Assembly: GCA_021432655.1 (NCBI GenBank)
Contig: MU271237.1
Coordinates: forward strand, 77,132-128,346
DNA length: 51,215 nt
From: Atractiella rhizophila
Taxonomy: Eukaryota
Direction: 5' to 3'
In this document: in pieces, positions 49,072 to 51,215 of the stretch
Position numbering within the stretch: position 1 is the stretch's first letter
Layout: each line of letters starts with the position of its first letter
The notes under the pieces: generated by a model
Told to the model about the DNA's origin: nothing
What the model saw: only the letters and a program-made list of their open reading frames with translations
The model's database searches: none
Program-made: the position numbers and the translations under genes

Positions 49072-49637
49072 TATGCAATAAATTGAATAGAAGTACTTAC
49101 CTGTTGTATTGTGATGTGTAAAAAGCTTTCATAGCTCTTCAGGTGGAGGCAGAGGAACAGGTAGCAGCACCTTGCCATGGAGACAGCACAATGCAAACTT
49201 TGGATTTCGTTGTGGGCTATTACCGATCTTCTCTTCCATCCCATGAAAGGTTTTGCAATGTGTACAAAGTAATCCCCAAGTAGAGAAGTGGTGTGCCTCA
49301 AGATCCATATCAGGTGAGTAATTGAATGCAGGATAGTGATGTTGCCTTATTTCGCCTTGCAACAACGGGACTAATGCCCTATCCTCATCACTGTCCACAC
49401 TATCAGGATCAAGAGAGGATGGGTGTGATCGGGCTTCTTCTTCACTGTACTCCTCAGGGGAGGTGAACGCTGTCTATGTCATCAAGCTGGTCGTGACGAT
49501 ATAGACAGTGAAGAGCTTTGACGGTGCCACTGACGCTGACGTGGAGCCCTAATTGATCTTGTGTCATGTTGAGGTGGAGTAGGATTAAAACGTGCAGGGT
49601 GTCGCCTCTCTCTTACAGGTCGACCTTGGTGTAGTGA

Positions 49638-49717
49638 TGTTGAACCTTGGGTATAAAGGGTTAATCTGCACTGTTGGGAATGACTGGTCATTTTAGTGCA
49701 ATTGGCTAAATCCAGCA
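49638..49717 (+). mobile_element. Solo LTR of the 80-bp TRIM family, inserted in Helitron E
   Basis: 5-bp TSD AGTGA at 49633-49637 and 49718-49722. The paralogous empty site is visible in Helitron A at about 17011-17035 (GACCTTGGTGTAGTGGTGCCTCC). Confidence 0.96.
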
Positions 49718-50701
49718 AGTGATGCCTCCTGCTGCAGACATTGAGGCCGTTTGGATCGGTGCTCTCGATTTCCTGTTTGATTTCTCTGAATTGCACGTGG
49801 CATGCGAGTGTAGCTTGCTGTACATAACAAAATGATATGAGTGAAGAATATATAAGCCACAGTCCACACACCTATGCTTTTTTTGCTTGATTTGATTTGA
49901 TGCTAACGGGCTCAGGGATACTATGGTAGAGTGTTAGGAAGCATACTTGTGGTGAAAGAAACCGTTTCACTTGCATGAATGCTTGCTCACTTTCCCTCAT
50001 AGTTGGCAAACAACAGTTTTTGCCGCACGACCTGAGAAATCTCAGAAAGCCCTAAAATTTGCTTTCATGCAGTTTGCACACAACAGGATTTGGCAGTGAC
50101 AAGATGTGACATAACTGAGAATCGAACCCGCACCAAGACCAATCCGCCAAGACTCAACTACCAACCATACTCCAACTACACTATCGCGCAAACTTTTTAC
50201 CTTGCTGACTTTTTTGAGTAGGTAAGGAAATTTTGGTCAAAGTGTCGAAGTCAGTCACTTGACTCAGTCATGGAAGACAACTATTTTTTCTCCCTTAAAT
50301 AAGCTTTATTGTCTACGGTTGGAAAGGTGCTGACACGCGTATTCTGGTGGTATGCGATGGGGTTGCTGTGACAACTTGCTGCGAGTGGAAGTACTGCAAG
50401 CTGATGAACGTCGAATTTTCCTTGCCACTTATTCCCAGAGAAGCTGGATGAAGACTGCGCTCCGTATGCTCAGGGACAAAGGGATAACTGTCGGCAATCC
50501 GTGTGAGTGGGTGGAGGAACAGTGGCTAGGGGAAGAAGTCATGAGGCTGCTGGAGGATAAATTGGGCCGCACTTGATCTGCAATCTCCGCCGACCAAATG
50601 CAACTTGCGGATCTATTTTTGTGGATTTCAGCGTTGATATGGGATCTGGGAAGCAAGCTTGCGATTTTTATCCGAATCAAATGTGACTATGAACGTTTAC
50701 A

Positions 50702-51215
50702 ACGTATGCAAAGATGGGAAAGATGGGAAACACGTTTGGAAACATTGGAATGATGTTTGGAGACCGGGCAAACACGTATGCAAAGATGGGAAACACGTTT
50801 GGAAACATGGGAACGATGTTTGGAGACCTACGAAACATGTTCGGAAAGATGGGAAACATGGGAATGATGTTTGGAGACCTGGGAAACACGTTTGCAAAGA
50901 TGGGAAACAGGGGAAACGCGTGTGGAAACGTGGGAAGGATGTTTGGAGACCTACGAAACATGTTTGCAAAGGTGGGAAACATGGGAAACACGTGTGGAAA
51001 CATGGGAACGATGTTTGGAGAGAAACACATGTGGAAGCATGGGAATCATGGGAAACACGTGTGGAAACTTGGGGATGATGTGTGGAGACCTACGAAACAT
51101 GTTTCCAAAGATGGGAAACTTGGGAAACATGTTTGGAGACCTACGAAACACGTTTGCAAAGATGGGAAACATGGGAACGATGTTTGGAGACCTGGGAAAC
51201 ACGTTTGCAAAGATG
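50702..51215 (+). repeat. Complex minisatellite of 21-bp and 9-bp modules (array 2), runs off the window
   Basis: Same modules as 22803-23327, in the opposite orientation. Confidence 0.95.

Larger units (their letters stand above)
46567..50355 (-). mobile_element. Helitron E: 5' region plus Rep-helicase core, lacking both termini
   Basis: 46567-49071 is the reverse complement of 36656-39160. 49079-50355 is colinear with Helitron A, including CTHCKTFHGMEEK...FALCCLHGKV. Confidence 0.92.

Overview
Eukaryotic, intron-containing DNA that looks fungal, most likely basidiomycete. This is inferred from short GT-AG introns, the transposon families present and patatin-P-loop-TPR NLR genes. The window is a nested transposon graveyard with no recognisable housekeeping gene. 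It holds the 5' end of a Ty1/Copia element, a CMC/EnSpm-like transposase, four hAT copies (one apparently complete, with TIRs and an 8-bp TSD), a hAT MITE, a MULE, five Helitron pieces, a pogo/Fot1-like element, a solo LTR and three decayed NLR-type immune receptor genes. Four features stand out. (1) A complete 344-bp miniature LTR retrotransposon (TRIM-like) with 80-bp LTRs, PBS, PPT and 5-bp TSD, plus two solo LTRs; it shares its PBS with the Copia element and carries a Pol III B-box-like palindrome. (2) An apparently identical 2,505-bp inverted duplication of a Helitron core. (3) Two arrays of a 21/9-bp minisatellite that reads as an MGNTFGN-type heptad repeat protein. (4) Strong CpG-directed C-to-T erosion of the older repeats. 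All calls come from reading the sequence by eye; no database search was run.
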